From an uncultured Candidatus Saccharibacteria bacterium (GTDB taxonomy: Bacteria > Patescibacteriota > Minisyncoccia > UBA6257 > JAUSGH01), in assembly GCA_964360025.1 (NCBI GenBank), contig CAYHUD010000002.1, positions 3,602 through 67,601 on the forward strand: DNA of 64,000 nt, given 5' to 3'. Below the pieces are notes generated by a model. It was not told the DNA's origin, did not search any database, and saw only the letters and a program-made list of their open reading frames with translations. The position numbers and the translations under genes are program-made. Of the stretch, positions 47,615 to 57,335 are shown one piece after another (positions within the stretch are counted from its first letter, which is position 1; every line of letters begins with the position of its first letter).

Positions 47615-47900
47615 ATTTAGCGGAAGGAGTAACTATTTTCACTATTTTTGCGTATCTGACATTACGGTCAAATCTTGTTTTCTTTGTAGATGCTATCATG
47701 ACCGTGCCGGCTTTTTTGGCGTAAAGCGTATCATCTGCGCCCTGGGCGACACCCACACCTACGAGAAACTTAGATCCTCTTTGGCGAATTATAATTTCGC
47801 CCGGTTTAACCGCTTCTCCGTGATTTTTTTTAATGCCGAGACGTTTTGACGCCGAATCTCGGCCTAATTTAGTTGAGCCAGTAGATTTAGTAGATGCCAT
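47613..47900 (-). CDS. rpmA: 50S ribosomal protein L27
   Basis: GSTKLGRDS.SKRLGIK, GEIIIRQRG, G.DDTLYA. Confidence 0.96.
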   Translation of the reverse strand: MASTKSTGSTKLGRDSASKRLGIKKNHGEAVKPGEIIIRQRGSKFLVGVGVAQGADDTLYAKKAGTVMIASTKKTRFDRNVRYAKIVKIVTPSAK

Positions 47901-47937
47901 GTTGCTATATAAGCCATTATATTCTATCTTTATCCCA

Positions 47938-48078
47938 ATGTCAAATTGGTTAAAAACTCTCTATATCATCACAGTTATTCTCATTATATCGGCCTCTTTC
48001 GCGGCGGGCTATCTTTTGGGCCACAACAATAACCGCACCCCCATTATCATTGATGGCGGTGTTTTAAGGCAATTATAA
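47938..48078 (+). CDS. Small single-TM hypothetical protein
   Basis: MSNWLKTLYIITVILIISASFAAGYLLG...PIII; divergent from rpmA. Confidence 0.55.
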   Translation: MSNWLKTLYIITVILIISASFAAGYLLGHNNNRTPIIIDGGVLRQL

Positions 48079-48085
48079 ATACGGG

Positions 48086-49375
48086 CTATCCCAGACGGTC
48101 GTTTTTAATGAAGATCACAAGACCCCTAAGCCAAACTTTGATCGCGCGTGAGAAGGGGAGAATGGAAAGCAGGTAATTAAGCTCCACCAATCCTTTGAAA
48201 ATCCACGCTGGCAATCCGGAAAAGACAAAATTACCGATTTTTGCTATCGCATATTTTCCTCCCACGGGGATAATATACGGATATTCCCGGGGCGCGAACA
48301 CTTTTTTCTTGGCAACCTTAATTATTTTATTTTCCAGCTTTATCTCCTCTATAATATTATGGGCCACGATTTTTGCCTGCAGGATGGCCGTACGCGCCAC
48401 CATCGGCATTGCCTTTTTGGTTTCCTGATTATAAAAACAGACAGCGTCTCCGATACCGTAAACTTTGCCGAAAAGTTGCAAATTGGGAGTTTCGGGCAAG
48501 CACTCCATTTCTCCGGGAACGACGATTCTGCCGCCATCCAGTTTCAAGGGTAGGGTCCCCAAAAAAGATGAGGCCTTTACTCCTCCGGTCCAGATTAAAA
48601 TATCGTAAGGCAGTTCTCTGCCGCCCTCCAATATCACATTGTTTGCGGTCGCGGAAGCAATTTTTGCCGGCGCGACAACGGAAACACCTAGATGTCGCAG
48701 GCGTTTTTCCGCCAGCTCTGAAATTCTAGGAAGAAAACCGGAGAGAACCTCGGGCTGCGCGCCAATAATGCTTACTCTGAAACGGCAATCTTTTTTAAAA
48801 TTAGCTTCAAGCTCGCAGAGCCATTCTTGAAGTTCGCCCGCCAACTCTACCCCGGTGGATCCCGCCCCGCCGACGACGATTTTTAAATCTTTTTTGCCAC
48901 CGAGATATAAATTTAAGATTTTATCGCGCAGCTTGATTGCGTCCATAAATGTCTTAAAGCTTGAAGAATTTTCCGTGAGCCCGGGAATATTGAAATAATT
49001 AGTTTCCGCACCCAATGCCAAAACCAGATAATCAAATTGCAGCTCCGGATCATCTGCCAGGGTAAGACTTCCTCCCAGAAGATTAAGCTTGGTAACTTTG
49101 TCATTTATGAAATCAACGGGCAAATTTTTAATTAATTCAGTGATTGGGAACGTAATTATATTTTTAAGTTCCAGATAGCTGGCGGTTTCTTTTGATGTTG
49201 TGGCGGCTTCGTACAGAGTCGGGGTGTAGGTGTGATAGGCGTTTCTATCCACTAAGATTACGCGATATTTATCCGCCAAGTTCAAATTGTGTAATTTGCG
49301 TCCGATTGTCAGCGCGCATTTTAACCCCCCGAACCCCGCGCCAAGAATAGCGATTGTCTTTTTTCCCGTGTCCAT
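48086..49375 (-). CDS. Type II NADH dehydrogenase-like FAD-dependent oxidoreductase
   Basis: ILGAGFGGL, DYLVLALG, GAG.TGVELAGE, WTGG, GD, A..Q. Confidence 0.9.
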   Translation of the reverse strand: MDTGKKTIAILGAGFGGLKCALTIGRKLHNLNLADKYRVILVDRNAYHTYTPTLYEAATTSKETASYLELKNIITFPITELIKNLPVDFINDKVTKLNLLGGSLTLADDPELQFDYLVLALGAETNYFNIPGLTENSSSFKTFMDAIKLRDKILNLYLGGKKDLKIVVGGAGSTGVELAGELQEWLCELEANFKKDCRFRVSIIGAQPEVLSGFLPRISELAEKRLRHLGVSVVAPAKIASATANNVILEGGRELPYDILIWTGGVKASSFLGTLPLKLDGGRIVVPGEMECLPETPNLQLFGKVYGIGDAVCFYNQETKKAMPMVARTAILQAKIVAHNIIEEIKLENKIIKVAKKKVFAPREYPYIIPVGGKYAIAKIGNFVFSGLPAWIFKGLVELNYLLSILPFSRAIKVWLRGLVIFIKNDRLG

Positions 49376-49401
49376 AATATAATTTTATCATATTTAACTT
49401 T

Positions 49402-50511
49402 ATGCGTTTTTTATCTAAAATTGCCAAACAAGACCTTTCACGGGAAATTTGTATTTTGCGTGTAGATTTCAATGTTGAAAATTGGCAGGATTCTCTGCGC
49501 ATCCAAGCTTCCATCCCTACCATCAAATGTCTTTTGGATCGGCGAGCGCGAGTGATTATTTTAAGTCATCGCGGCCGACACAAAGAAGCTGATAATATTG
49601 CGCCCGATCCTTCGCTCACGCTTTCTGCCTGTATTCCTGTTTTGTCGCGCGAATTGAGTACTGCAATAAACTTTCTGGAGGGGTTTGATTTTCCGGATAT
49701 GCGCGAAAAGATTTCACGCGCCTTGCCCGGTTCGGTTTTCCTGTTGGAAAATTTACGCTTTCATAAAGGCGAGGAGAAAAATGACGCGAAATTCGCCCGC
49801 GAGCTTGCTTCGCTCGGGACTTTGTATGTAAATGACGCCTTCGCCGTTTCTCATCGCAAAAATGCCTCTATTGTGGGGATTACAAAATATATGCCATCTT
49901 ATGCCGGCTTGCTTTTTGAAAAAGAGGTCGCTGTCTTGTCAGAGATTATGCGCGCCAAAAAACATCCGCTGGTCGTTATTCTGGGTGGCGGAAAAACCGA
50001 TGATAAATTGGGTGTTTTAAAAAATCTCTGGCGTGTAGCGGATTTCTTTCTTTTAGGTGGCGGTCCGGGAAATACGGCTCTTAAGGCGGGCGGTGTAAAT
50101 GTCGGCGATTCCGTGCATGACGCTCGACTGGCAAAGACGATGAAAAAAACACTGATTGATAAAAAAGTTATTGTTCCGGTTGATTGGATTTTTGAAGAAA
50201 ACAAGATTTTGGATATTGGCCTGGAAACCATAGAAAATTTCAAAAAATATATCGGCAGGGCCCGGATGATCATCTGGAACGGCCCGCTGGGTCTTTTTGA
50301 AGATGCTAAATATGCCGTGGGATCAAACGCTGTTGCTGAGGCCATTGCCCAGAGCAGGGCGTTTTCTGTCATCGGCGGGGGAGAGACGACACAGCTCGTC
50401 TTATCCTTACACCTGCAAAATAAATTTTCCCACCTCTCAACGGGCGGCGGCGCCATGCTGGAATTTCTGGCCGGAAAAAAACTTCCCGGTATTATCGCGT
50501 TAAATAAATAA
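49402..50511 (+). CDS. pgk: Phosphoglycerate kinase
   Basis: RVDFNV, SHRGR, LENLRF, NDAF..SHR..AS, WNGPLG.FE, STGGGA.LE.L.G. Confidence 0.96.
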   Translation: MRFLSKIAKQDLSREICILRVDFNVENWQDSLRIQASIPTIKCLLDRRARVIILSHRGRHKEADNIAPDPSLTLSACIPVLSRELSTAINFLEGFDFPDMREKISRALPGSVFLLENLRFHKGEEKNDAKFARELASLGTLYVNDAFAVSHRKNASIVGITKYMPSYAGLLFEKEVAVLSEIMRAKKHPLVVILGGGKTDDKLGVLKNLWRVADFFLLGGGPGNTALKAGGVNVGDSVHDARLAKTMKKTLIDKKVIVPVDWIFEENKILDIGLETIENFKKYIGRARMIIWNGPLGLFEDAKYAVGSNAVAEAIAQSRAFSVIGGGETTQLVLSLHLQNKFSHLSTGGGAMLEFLAGKKLPGIIALNK

Positions 50512-50518
50512 TTTTAAA

Positions 50519-51355
50519 ATGAAAAACATTGTCATAATTTATCACGGAAATTGTCAGGACGGCTTCGGCGGCGCCTGGGCGGCATGGAAAAAGTTTGGCG
50601 ACAAAGCCGAATATCTGCCGGTCAAGCCCGGCGCCATGCCGGAGGCAGTGATTGAGAATAAAGAAGTTTATTTCATAGACACGACGCCCAAAATTGAAGA
50701 AATTAAAAAACTGATTGATAAAAACAAACGCGTTACAGTCATTGATCACCATATTACGGGAGAAGAGGCGGCAAAATTGACCGTAGAACCTTCGTTCGCC
50801 ATAAAAAATTCGGGATGCGTTCTTGCTTGGAAATATTTTCATCCGCAAAAACCCGTGCCTAAGTTACTGGAATATCTTGAAGATAATGATCTTTGGAGAT
50901 TTAAAATACCCAAAAGCAAAGAAGTCTTTTCTTTTATGTGTTCGGTGGAGTTTACTTTTAAAATAAGAAGCTCGATTGCCGCCATATTGGAAAAACCGAA
51001 AGGCCGGAGGGAAATAATTGAAAAAGGCGCCGCCCTTTTAAAATATGAACAAAAACTTGTTAATGAAATCACGACAAAGGACGCGGAACAAGCAGAATTT
51101 AAAGGTTACAAAATTTTAATAATAAACTCCCCGTTTTTTCAGTCAAACATAGGACATGTGCTTTCTAAAATTCAACCCCCCATGGGTTTGATCTGGCATG
51201 AGACGGACGGAAAAATTAAAGTGTCTCTGCGTTCCGATGGCACGGTGGATGTTTCTAAAATCGCCGCCCAGTTTGGCGGCGGGGGACATAAAGCCGCGGC
51301 AGGATTTTCTTTTTCGGCCGACGATCCCAAGCCCTGGAAGTTAATCCGCGAATAA
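50519..51355 (+). CDS. DHH/DHHA1-family phosphoesterase
   Basis: YH..C.DG, IDHH, D.DLW, VSLRS, GGGGH..AAG. Confidence 0.9.
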   Translation: MKNIVIIYHGNCQDGFGGAWAAWKKFGDKAEYLPVKPGAMPEAVIENKEVYFIDTTPKIEEIKKLIDKNKRVTVIDHHITGEEAAKLTVEPSFAIKNSGCVLAWKYFHPQKPVPKLLEYLEDNDLWRFKIPKSKEVFSFMCSVEFTFKIRSSIAAILEKPKGRREIIEKGAALLKYEQKLVNEITTKDAEQAEFKGYKILIINSPFFQSNIGHVLSKIQPPMGLIWHETDGKIKVSLRSDGTVDVSKIAAQFGGGGHKAAAGFSFSADDPKPWKLIRE

Positions 51356-51356
51356 T

Positions 51357-51758
51357 ATGGATAAGATCATTATCTATACCGACGGAGGAGCGCGGGGCAA
51401 TCCCGGGCCATCCGCTTGCGGCTATACAATAAACGATACGCCCTACGGCGAGTATTTGGGGCACGGGACTAATAACGAAGCCGAGTATCGCGGAGTAATT
51501 GAGGCGCTTAAAAAAGTTTTTGCCCAGCTAGGCAAAGCAAAATCATTGTTAGCGGAAATAGAAGTCCGCATGGATTCCGAGCTGATAGAGCGACAACTCA
51601 CGGGTGAATATCGCGTAAAACAACCGCATCTTAAAATTTTATTTACGGACGCCCATAATGAAATCAAAAACTTTAAAAAAGTTGTTTTTGTTCATATCCC
51701 CCGCGAGAAAAACAAGAAGGCCGACGCCATGGTTAATAAAATATTAGACGAACGTTAA
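51357..51758 (+). CDS. rnhA: Ribonuclease HI family protein
   Basis: YTDGGARGNPGP, TNNEAEY, DSEL..Q..G.Y, HIPRE.N..AD. Confidence 0.88.
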   Translation: MDKIIIYTDGGARGNPGPSACGYTINDTPYGEYLGHGTNNEAEYRGVIEALKKVFAQLGKAKSLLAEIEVRMDSELIERQLTGEYRVKQPHLKILFTDAHNEIKNFKKVVFVHIPREKNKKADAMVNKILDER

Positions 51759-51765
51759 TACGCCC

Positions 51766-52581
51766 ATGGAAAAAATTAAAATTTCTCAAGTTGAGGAAGA
51801 AATCAAAGCCGCTCCCAAAAGGATGCCTGACGAAAAAGCGGAAAAGATTTTAGACAAAGTTGATTTCCTTGCGTTGTTCGACACCCTTAGAGTCATCGGC
51901 TACTATGACTTCCAGCGCAACGAATCTGATCCCATAAATGACCTAAGAGACCTCGGAAGACTAGTCATTGAACTTAGGGATAAATTATCCGGTTACGATA
52001 CTATTTTAAGCGACGATGCCGGTGGGAGGTTGCCGTCTTTATTGATTAGAAAGCTGGCTAAGACCGAAGGGACGATTCGTGATATTAAAAACGGACCCGA
52101 TTTATATTTTTTAGCCAGCGGGCGCAAACCCCTGGATCCCAAAAAAGAACCGGGGTTTGTAAGTCGCTCCGCGGCGATAGAAAAATTCTTAGAAAAAAAC
52201 GCCCGTGATTTTGGTAAAACCCTATTAGTGACCGAACACATTGAGACGGGCGGCAGCATACAACAACTTATTGAGATGCTTATTAAGCTCGGGGTGGATT
52301 TTGATGTTGCTACAATTTCAATAAAATATAATGACTTCGAAAATTACATCGATCATTCATACACGAACCCTCTAATAAACAGGCTTTATTATGGATCAAA
52401 AGGAAATCATTCCGGGGCGGAACTTTTTTATGATTCATCTAAATCCGGCATGATGGCCGGAGTTTCTAAAGATAATTCTGTCGGCGCTCATCCGATCAAA
52501 ATCTCCGGGGATGAAGCGCTCGTTAAGGGATCAAGAGGGGATATTGATTTGTTAGCCAAGGAATTTGAAAAATTGTTATAA
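51766..52581 (+). CDS. Hypothetical protein with a phosphoribosyltransferase-like motif
   Basis: ILSDD.GGR and TLLVTEHIETGGSI resemble a PRPP-binding loop. Confidence 0.55.
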   Translation: MEKIKISQVEEEIKAAPKRMPDEKAEKILDKVDFLALFDTLRVIGYYDFQRNESDPINDLRDLGRLVIELRDKLSGYDTILSDDAGGRLPSLLIRKLAKTEGTIRDIKNGPDLYFLASGRKPLDPKKEPGFVSRSAAIEKFLEKNARDFGKTLLVTEHIETGGSIQQLIEMLIKLGVDFDVATISIKYNDFENYIDHSYTNPLINRLYYGSKGNHSGAELFYDSSKSGMMAGVSKDNSVGAHPIKISGDEALVKGSRGDIDLLAKEFEKLL

Positions 52582-52611
52582 AACAAAATCGCCCTTGCGG
52601 GCGATTTTGTT
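52582..52611. terminator. Bidirectional terminator between the CDS and rnpB
   Basis: AACAAAATCGCCC-TTGC-GGGCGATTTTGTT. Confidence 0.85.
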
Positions 52612-53004
52612 GTCAGTAGGCAATAAGCCGGATTCTGTATACCCGATCAGCGAAGCTGATTTAGGGTAGATGATTATTTATCTGGGCCGCCAATCGCTTG
52701 GCGGCTCTAGCGACTCCCTTCATGGCAAAGCCATAAAGTACGGTCTTGCACTCTGGTAAGGATTTAGCTGTTTCACTCCAGATTTTTTATCTCTATGTCT
52801 GGATTAAGCCGACTAGCTTGAGATCGGGCTCCCCAAATTCTTTCGGATTTGAGCATCACTGTTCGCACCTCTTCCTCGCGGACGACAGAGGTTATCTGCT
52901 ACCTTTGCCCGACGCTTGCGCGTTTAGGGCTAAGTGTCCGGACTTTCCTCCCCGCCCACCGATTTATAAAAATAAGTTGGCAGAGCAATCATCTACCTAC
53001 TGAC
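52612..53004 (-). ncRNA. rnpB: RNase P RNA
   Basis: Minus strand P1 GTCAGTAGG/CCTACTGAC; GAGGAAAGTCCGG; AGTGCAAG; 3' ACAGAATCCGGCTTA; upstream TGcTATAAT. Confidence 0.95.
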
Positions 53005-53102
53005 CCTGTAATTATAGCACATAAATAGATATTTGACAACAGGAGTTTAAAAATGTAGATTTAATGCAGTTCCTTCCTCTGTTTGCTTTGCGAGGTGCGA
53101 AG

Positions 53103-53459
53103 ATGTGTGAAACAGACGAAGGAGCGCCGCCTCCGGATTTGCGGACGACAAAAGAAGATCCAACCCTTGTGGTTACGGTTATGAGTGTCGCGCGGGATAT
53201 GAACTTAGTCCGTAATGTGAGAGTGAGATGCGAAGACATTCTTGCGCGTAAGTGGTGGGAGGCGTCTTTCGCTTCCGGTCCTCGGGGACGGCTAAAGATC
53301 TTCCACCGCAGTTCCAACTGTCCCGGGGGAGATACGGATTTTCCCCGACCGGTTTTTCGAAAGATGATTAAATTGGCGCACGCGGTTTTGAAAGACAAAA
53401 GCAATACCCAAAAGAGATATCGCGAAAAGAGGGGCTATGAAAATCGCGGCGAGTTCTGA
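53103..53459 (+). CDS. Hypothetical protein
   Basis: Promoter TTGACA-17-TAGATT at 53033-61, SD GAGGTG, downstream hairpin plus T-tract. Confidence 0.5.
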   Translation: MCETDEGAPPPDLRTTKEDPTLVVTVMSVARDMNLVRNVRVRCEDILARKWWEASFASGPRGRLKIFHRSSNCPGGDTDFPRPVFRKMIKLAHAVLKDKSNTQKRYREKRGYENRGEF

Positions 53460-53496
53460 TAACCAAAACCCCCGGCGGGAGCCGAGGGTTTCTTTT

Positions 53497-53697
53497 TTAT
53501 AAACTATTCAGATCCGCGTCTATTTGCTGAAATTCTTTGTCCAAATCATTTATTGCCGTATCGTCAAATCCCGTATCCCGAAGAATAGTTTGTTCGTCGG
53601 CGGTAAGTTCGCTAGCTAACCGTTTTTCGCTCCAATACTTCCACCCGAACCAAGCAGCGGCAAGAACAATGATTAAGATTAAGAGTTTTTTAAACAT
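53497..53697 (-). CDS. Small membrane-anchored hypothetical protein
   Basis: N-terminal TM; acidic C-terminus DLDKEFQQIDADLNSL. Confidence 0.65.
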   Translation of the reverse strand: MFKKLLILIIVLAAAWFGWKYWSEKRLASELTADEQTILRDTGFDDTAINDLDKEFQQIDADLNSL

Positions 53698-53721
53698 GAT
53701 TGTTTATGCTAATTTTATAAT

Positions 53722-54624
53722 TTATTGCTGTGCGGTTGTCGTTGCTGTCTCGGCCGGTTTGGGAATCTGAGCTAAAGCTACGGCAACTTTCCTTACCGCT
53801 TCTCTTGCAGCGAAAACCGAGTCCCGCACTTTGCGCAAATCTTCATTTAACTGCTTTCTGACTTCGCTGATATCCGTTTTTAGGGTTCCTTCTTCTTTGA
53901 TGCTGACGGTATATGTCTTAGCGGCCTGGTCTTTGATGGCGGCCTCGGCAGCGGCGATGGCGTTATCGGCTTCGCTTAGAGCAGTTTTGACTGTAGAAAC
54001 ATCCAGTCCGCGACTAGCGGCTCTATCCATCCTCTCCGTAATCCGGTCAAGAGTTTTCTGCAATTTGGAGACCACATCGGCGAAGTGATCAACCATGCGC
54101 TCGTTTAGCTTCTTAATCTCGTTGTCAATTTTTTCCACAACGGATTTCTTTCTTTCGTCGCGAATCTTCGCGAGTTTTGCTTTCAGCTCCGCTCTTTCTG
54201 TTTCCACCTTTTCTTTCAGCTCCTCTCTTTTTTGAGAAATAGCATCCCTCAGGTTCTCTCTTTTATCCTTAATCTGATCACGAACTTCTTTCTTAAAAAC
54301 CGATGAAGTGGATGTCACGCCATCACGAAGCTTTTGCGCTTCTACTTTAAGATTTTCGCGCAGAACCTCTATTTCTTCTTTAGCCACTCCGCGCAAATTA
54401 CCGGTATTTTGTTTCAGAAGTTCCCGCGCTTCATCCGCCTTTTTGATTGCTTCGCGACGCAAAGCTTCTACGTTGGTACGCGCGTTATCCCTGTCATCGT
54501 TTTTCTCCAAATCCGATTCACCGCCGCTTCGCAGTGGTTCCGTAAAACCATAACCCGATGTCTGGGCAAGAGCCGTAGACGCCAACAAACTTGATAATGC
54601 CAATGCTACAATGTATTTTTTCAT
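53722..54624 (-). CDS. Secreted long coiled-coil protein
   Basis: Signal peptide (ALA/Q), highly charged heptad-rich helix, G.DVS motif. Confidence 0.7.
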   Translation of the reverse strand: MKKYIVALALSSLLASTALAQTSGYGFTEPLRSGGESDLEKNDDRDNARTNVEALRREAIKKADEARELLKQNTGNLRGVAKEEIEVLRENLKVEAQKLRDGVTSTSSVFKKEVRDQIKDKRENLRDAISQKREELKEKVETERAELKAKLAKIRDERKKSVVEKIDNEIKKLNERMVDHFADVVSKLQKTLDRITERMDRAASRGLDVSTVKTALSEADNAIAAAEAAIKDQAAKTYTVSIKEEGTLKTDISEVRKQLNEDLRKVRDSVFAAREAVRKVAVALAQIPKPAETATTTAQQ

Positions 54625-54707
54625 AGAATTAATTGTAATGCTTATTTAATAAATGCTCAAGACCTTTACTATATATTAAGACAAAGATAAACTTAAGGCA
54701 ATATCTT

Positions 54708-56339
54708 GTGATCCCAGAAAAATTAAAAACCGTATTAAGCGGCGATATTGCCGATGATGCGGCAACAATCGCAACATACAGCCGCGATGCCAGTCTGTTT
54801 GAAATCCGCCCTACAGCGGTAGTTTTTCCCAAGGATAAAGATGATATTAAAAATTTAGTTTTATTCGCCGGCGAAAACAAGGGCGTGGGTCTCACTCCGC
54901 GTTCCGCGGGGACGGACATGAGCGGAGCCGCGATCGGCGAGTCCATCGTTTTAGACTTCACAAGATACTTTAATCACATTAAAGAAATCGGCGACGGTTA
55001 CGCGGTGGCGGAGCCCGGAGTTTATTATCGTGATTTTGAGAAAGCGACCCTGGAAAAGGGTTGGCTTTTGCCGAGTTATCCGGCATCAAAAGATATTTGC
55101 GCCTTGGGCGGGATGGTGGGAAATAACTCCGGAGGCGAAAAGACGCTTCGTTACGGGAAAACCGAAGACTATGTGCGGGAAATCAAAATGGTGCTCGGCG
55201 ACGGCAAAGAATATGTTTTCAAACCGCTTTCTCCGCCCGAATTGGAGGAAAAAATAAAATTAAACACGCGAGAAGGCGAGATTTATAAAAAACTTTTTAA
55301 TTTAATTCAAGAAAATCTGGAAATCATTACAGCTGCAAAGCCCAAAGTTTCTAAAAATTCCGCAGGATATTATTTATGGAATGTTTGGGATGGCAAAACT
55401 TTTGATATCACTAAGCTCATCGTCGGTTCGCAGGGGACTTTAGGAATCATCACGGAAATAACTTTCCGGCTGGTAAAACCCGCGCCGCATTCCAAGCTTC
55501 TTACGATTTTTGTTAAAGATTTGAAAACTTTGCCGGAAATAGTAAATAAAGTCATGATTCATAAGCCGGAAAGCTTTGAGGTTTTCGATGACAACACTTT
55601 AAAGCTTGCCCTGCGGTATATTTTTAGCCTTATCAAGCTCATAAAACCAAAAAACATTTTTTCTCTGGCTTGGAACTTTATCCCCGAATTCTGGATGTTT
55701 ATTACCGGAGGTATTCCCAAACTGATTCTTCTCGCAGAATTTACCGGGGACTCCGAGGCGGAGGTAGACGAGAAGGCAAAGGCGGCGGAGCACGAAGTTC
55801 GCGCGCTAAACGTCAAAACACGTTTTGCAAAAACCGAAGAAGAATCTAAAAAATATTGGACGATTCGCCGCGAAAGCTTCAATCTTCTTCGCTACCACAT
55901 TAAAAACAAACGCACCGCGCCGTTTATAGACGATATTGTGGTAAGAACAGAGTCGCTTTCTGATTTTTTACCGCAGCTGCAGATAATATTAGATAAATAC
56001 CCGAACCTTAACTATACAATCGCGGGGCATATCGGCGACGGCAATCTGCATATCATCCCGCTTATGGACATGACTCGTAAAGAAAATCGGGATATTATAC
56101 CGACGCTCTCCGACGAAGTTTATAAACTTGTATTCAAATACGGGGGCTCAATGACGGGGGAGCATAACGACGGGCTGATTCGCGGGCCGTATCTTAAGGC
56201 AATGTTCGGCGATGAGGTATATTTTCTTTTTCTGCGCGTCAAAAACATCTTTGATCCCACCGGAATATTTAACCCAGGAAAGAAAATTAACTCCCGCCTG
56301 GATTACGCGATAAAGCATTTAGCTGTTAAAAACAAGTAA
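54708..56339 (+). CDS. FAD-linked oxidase (GlcD/D-lactate dehydrogenase-like)
   Basis: YSRDAS, R.AGT..SG, GGM..NN..G, GS.GTLG, H.GDGNLH, GEHNDG..R, FDP...FNPGK. Confidence 0.9.
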   Translation: MIPEKLKTVLSGDIADDAATIATYSRDASLFEIRPTAVVFPKDKDDIKNLVLFAGENKGVGLTPRSAGTDMSGAAIGESIVLDFTRYFNHIKEIGDGYAVAEPGVYYRDFEKATLEKGWLLPSYPASKDICALGGMVGNNSGGEKTLRYGKTEDYVREIKMVLGDGKEYVFKPLSPPELEEKIKLNTREGEIYKKLFNLIQENLEIITAAKPKVSKNSAGYYLWNVWDGKTFDITKLIVGSQGTLGIITEITFRLVKPAPHSKLLTIFVKDLKTLPEIVNKVMIHKPESFEVFDDNTLKLALRYIFSLIKLIKPKNIFSLAWNFIPEFWMFITGGIPKLILLAEFTGDSEAEVDEKAKAAEHEVRALNVKTRFAKTEEESKKYWTIRRESFNLLRYHIKNKRTAPFIDDIVVRTESLSDFLPQLQIILDKYPNLNYTIAGHIGDGNLHIIPLMDMTRKENRDIIPTLSDEVYKLVFKYGGSMTGEHNDGLIRGPYLKAMFGDEVYFLFLRVKNIFDPTGIFNPGKKINSRLDYAIKHLAVKNK

Positions 56340-56549
56340 AGCTATCTTTTTCCCAAGTATTGACTTTGCTAATCATCTTCGGATGGATGGGTATGATGAC
56401 TATCGCATTCTTCGCCGCCGGAGTTCTCTTCGCAGTCATGGCGCGTGGCACGACGCGTCCGAGGCCCCTTTTTTATTTTAATTGATGTTATTTATTGATA
56501 TACTTATTACAGTAACTTGAAACAAACGATTCTCGAAAGGAGTCGTCTT

Positions 56550-57239
56550 ATGTCGCAGGCGTGGACTATTCCTTGTCTAGTAACTAAAAACTGGCGGGTT
56601 TTCGGGTTAGATGGCGCGCGTTCGCATGCCGAAATAGCGGTTATTTGTGGCATCGATGAAAATCAATGCCTGCGTTACGGATTTAATTTGGAACAAAAAA
56701 AGTCGGTTGCTTTGTTTGATCGCAAATTAAGAAATGTCAGTATGCGTAACGACGAAGTCGCCGATTGGTTTTTCCGAGATCTCTTTGGCGTGCCGGAACT
56801 TCTCATTGCATATGTAGAACGCGGCCACTTCCACGAAAATATGATTCCGCTCCTCACTGCTTTTCCCCGAGGTGAGTGCCTAAAAATTAAAAACAACATC
56901 GAATCCAAGAACGAAGAATCCCGCGCTTTTAACAGAGAAGTTCGCGAAAAAGTGTTTGCGATAGCCGAGTACGACTACGATCAAGCCCTAACCTTTCTTC
57001 AGTCCATCCACCCGTTTGTGAGCGGAATAAATACGTGGGGCGACTGGATAGATCGCCACGCTAGCGATGCGGCCGCAAGATATAATTAAAGAATTGCCGG
57101 GGCTTGGGATATATACGAAATGCTGACAGCTCATTGTAATCCCACTGATTGTTTAGAGGATTGCAATAAAGCCATCACCCCCGTCTGGTTAGAATTATTT
57201 GCAAGTCCCAAAAACAGGATTGAGATTTGGAGAAGTTAG
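56550..57239 (+). pseudogene. Hypothetical protein interrupted by an in-frame TAA
   Basis: SD AAGGAG before ATG 56550; the frame stays open for 49 codons past TAA 57087-89, ending WLELFASPKNRIEIWRS* at 57239. Confidence 0.55.
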
Positions 57240-57335
57240 CCATTCTCTCTACCCGACGACCTCCTCGTTCGGGTATTTTTTATTTTAATTCCGATAAAGT
57301 TGTATGCTACTATAAAAATACACCTCTTAACCCGC

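Noticed and set aside
52746-53003. 85-aa plus-strand ORF
   Set aside because: Antisense to RNase P RNA
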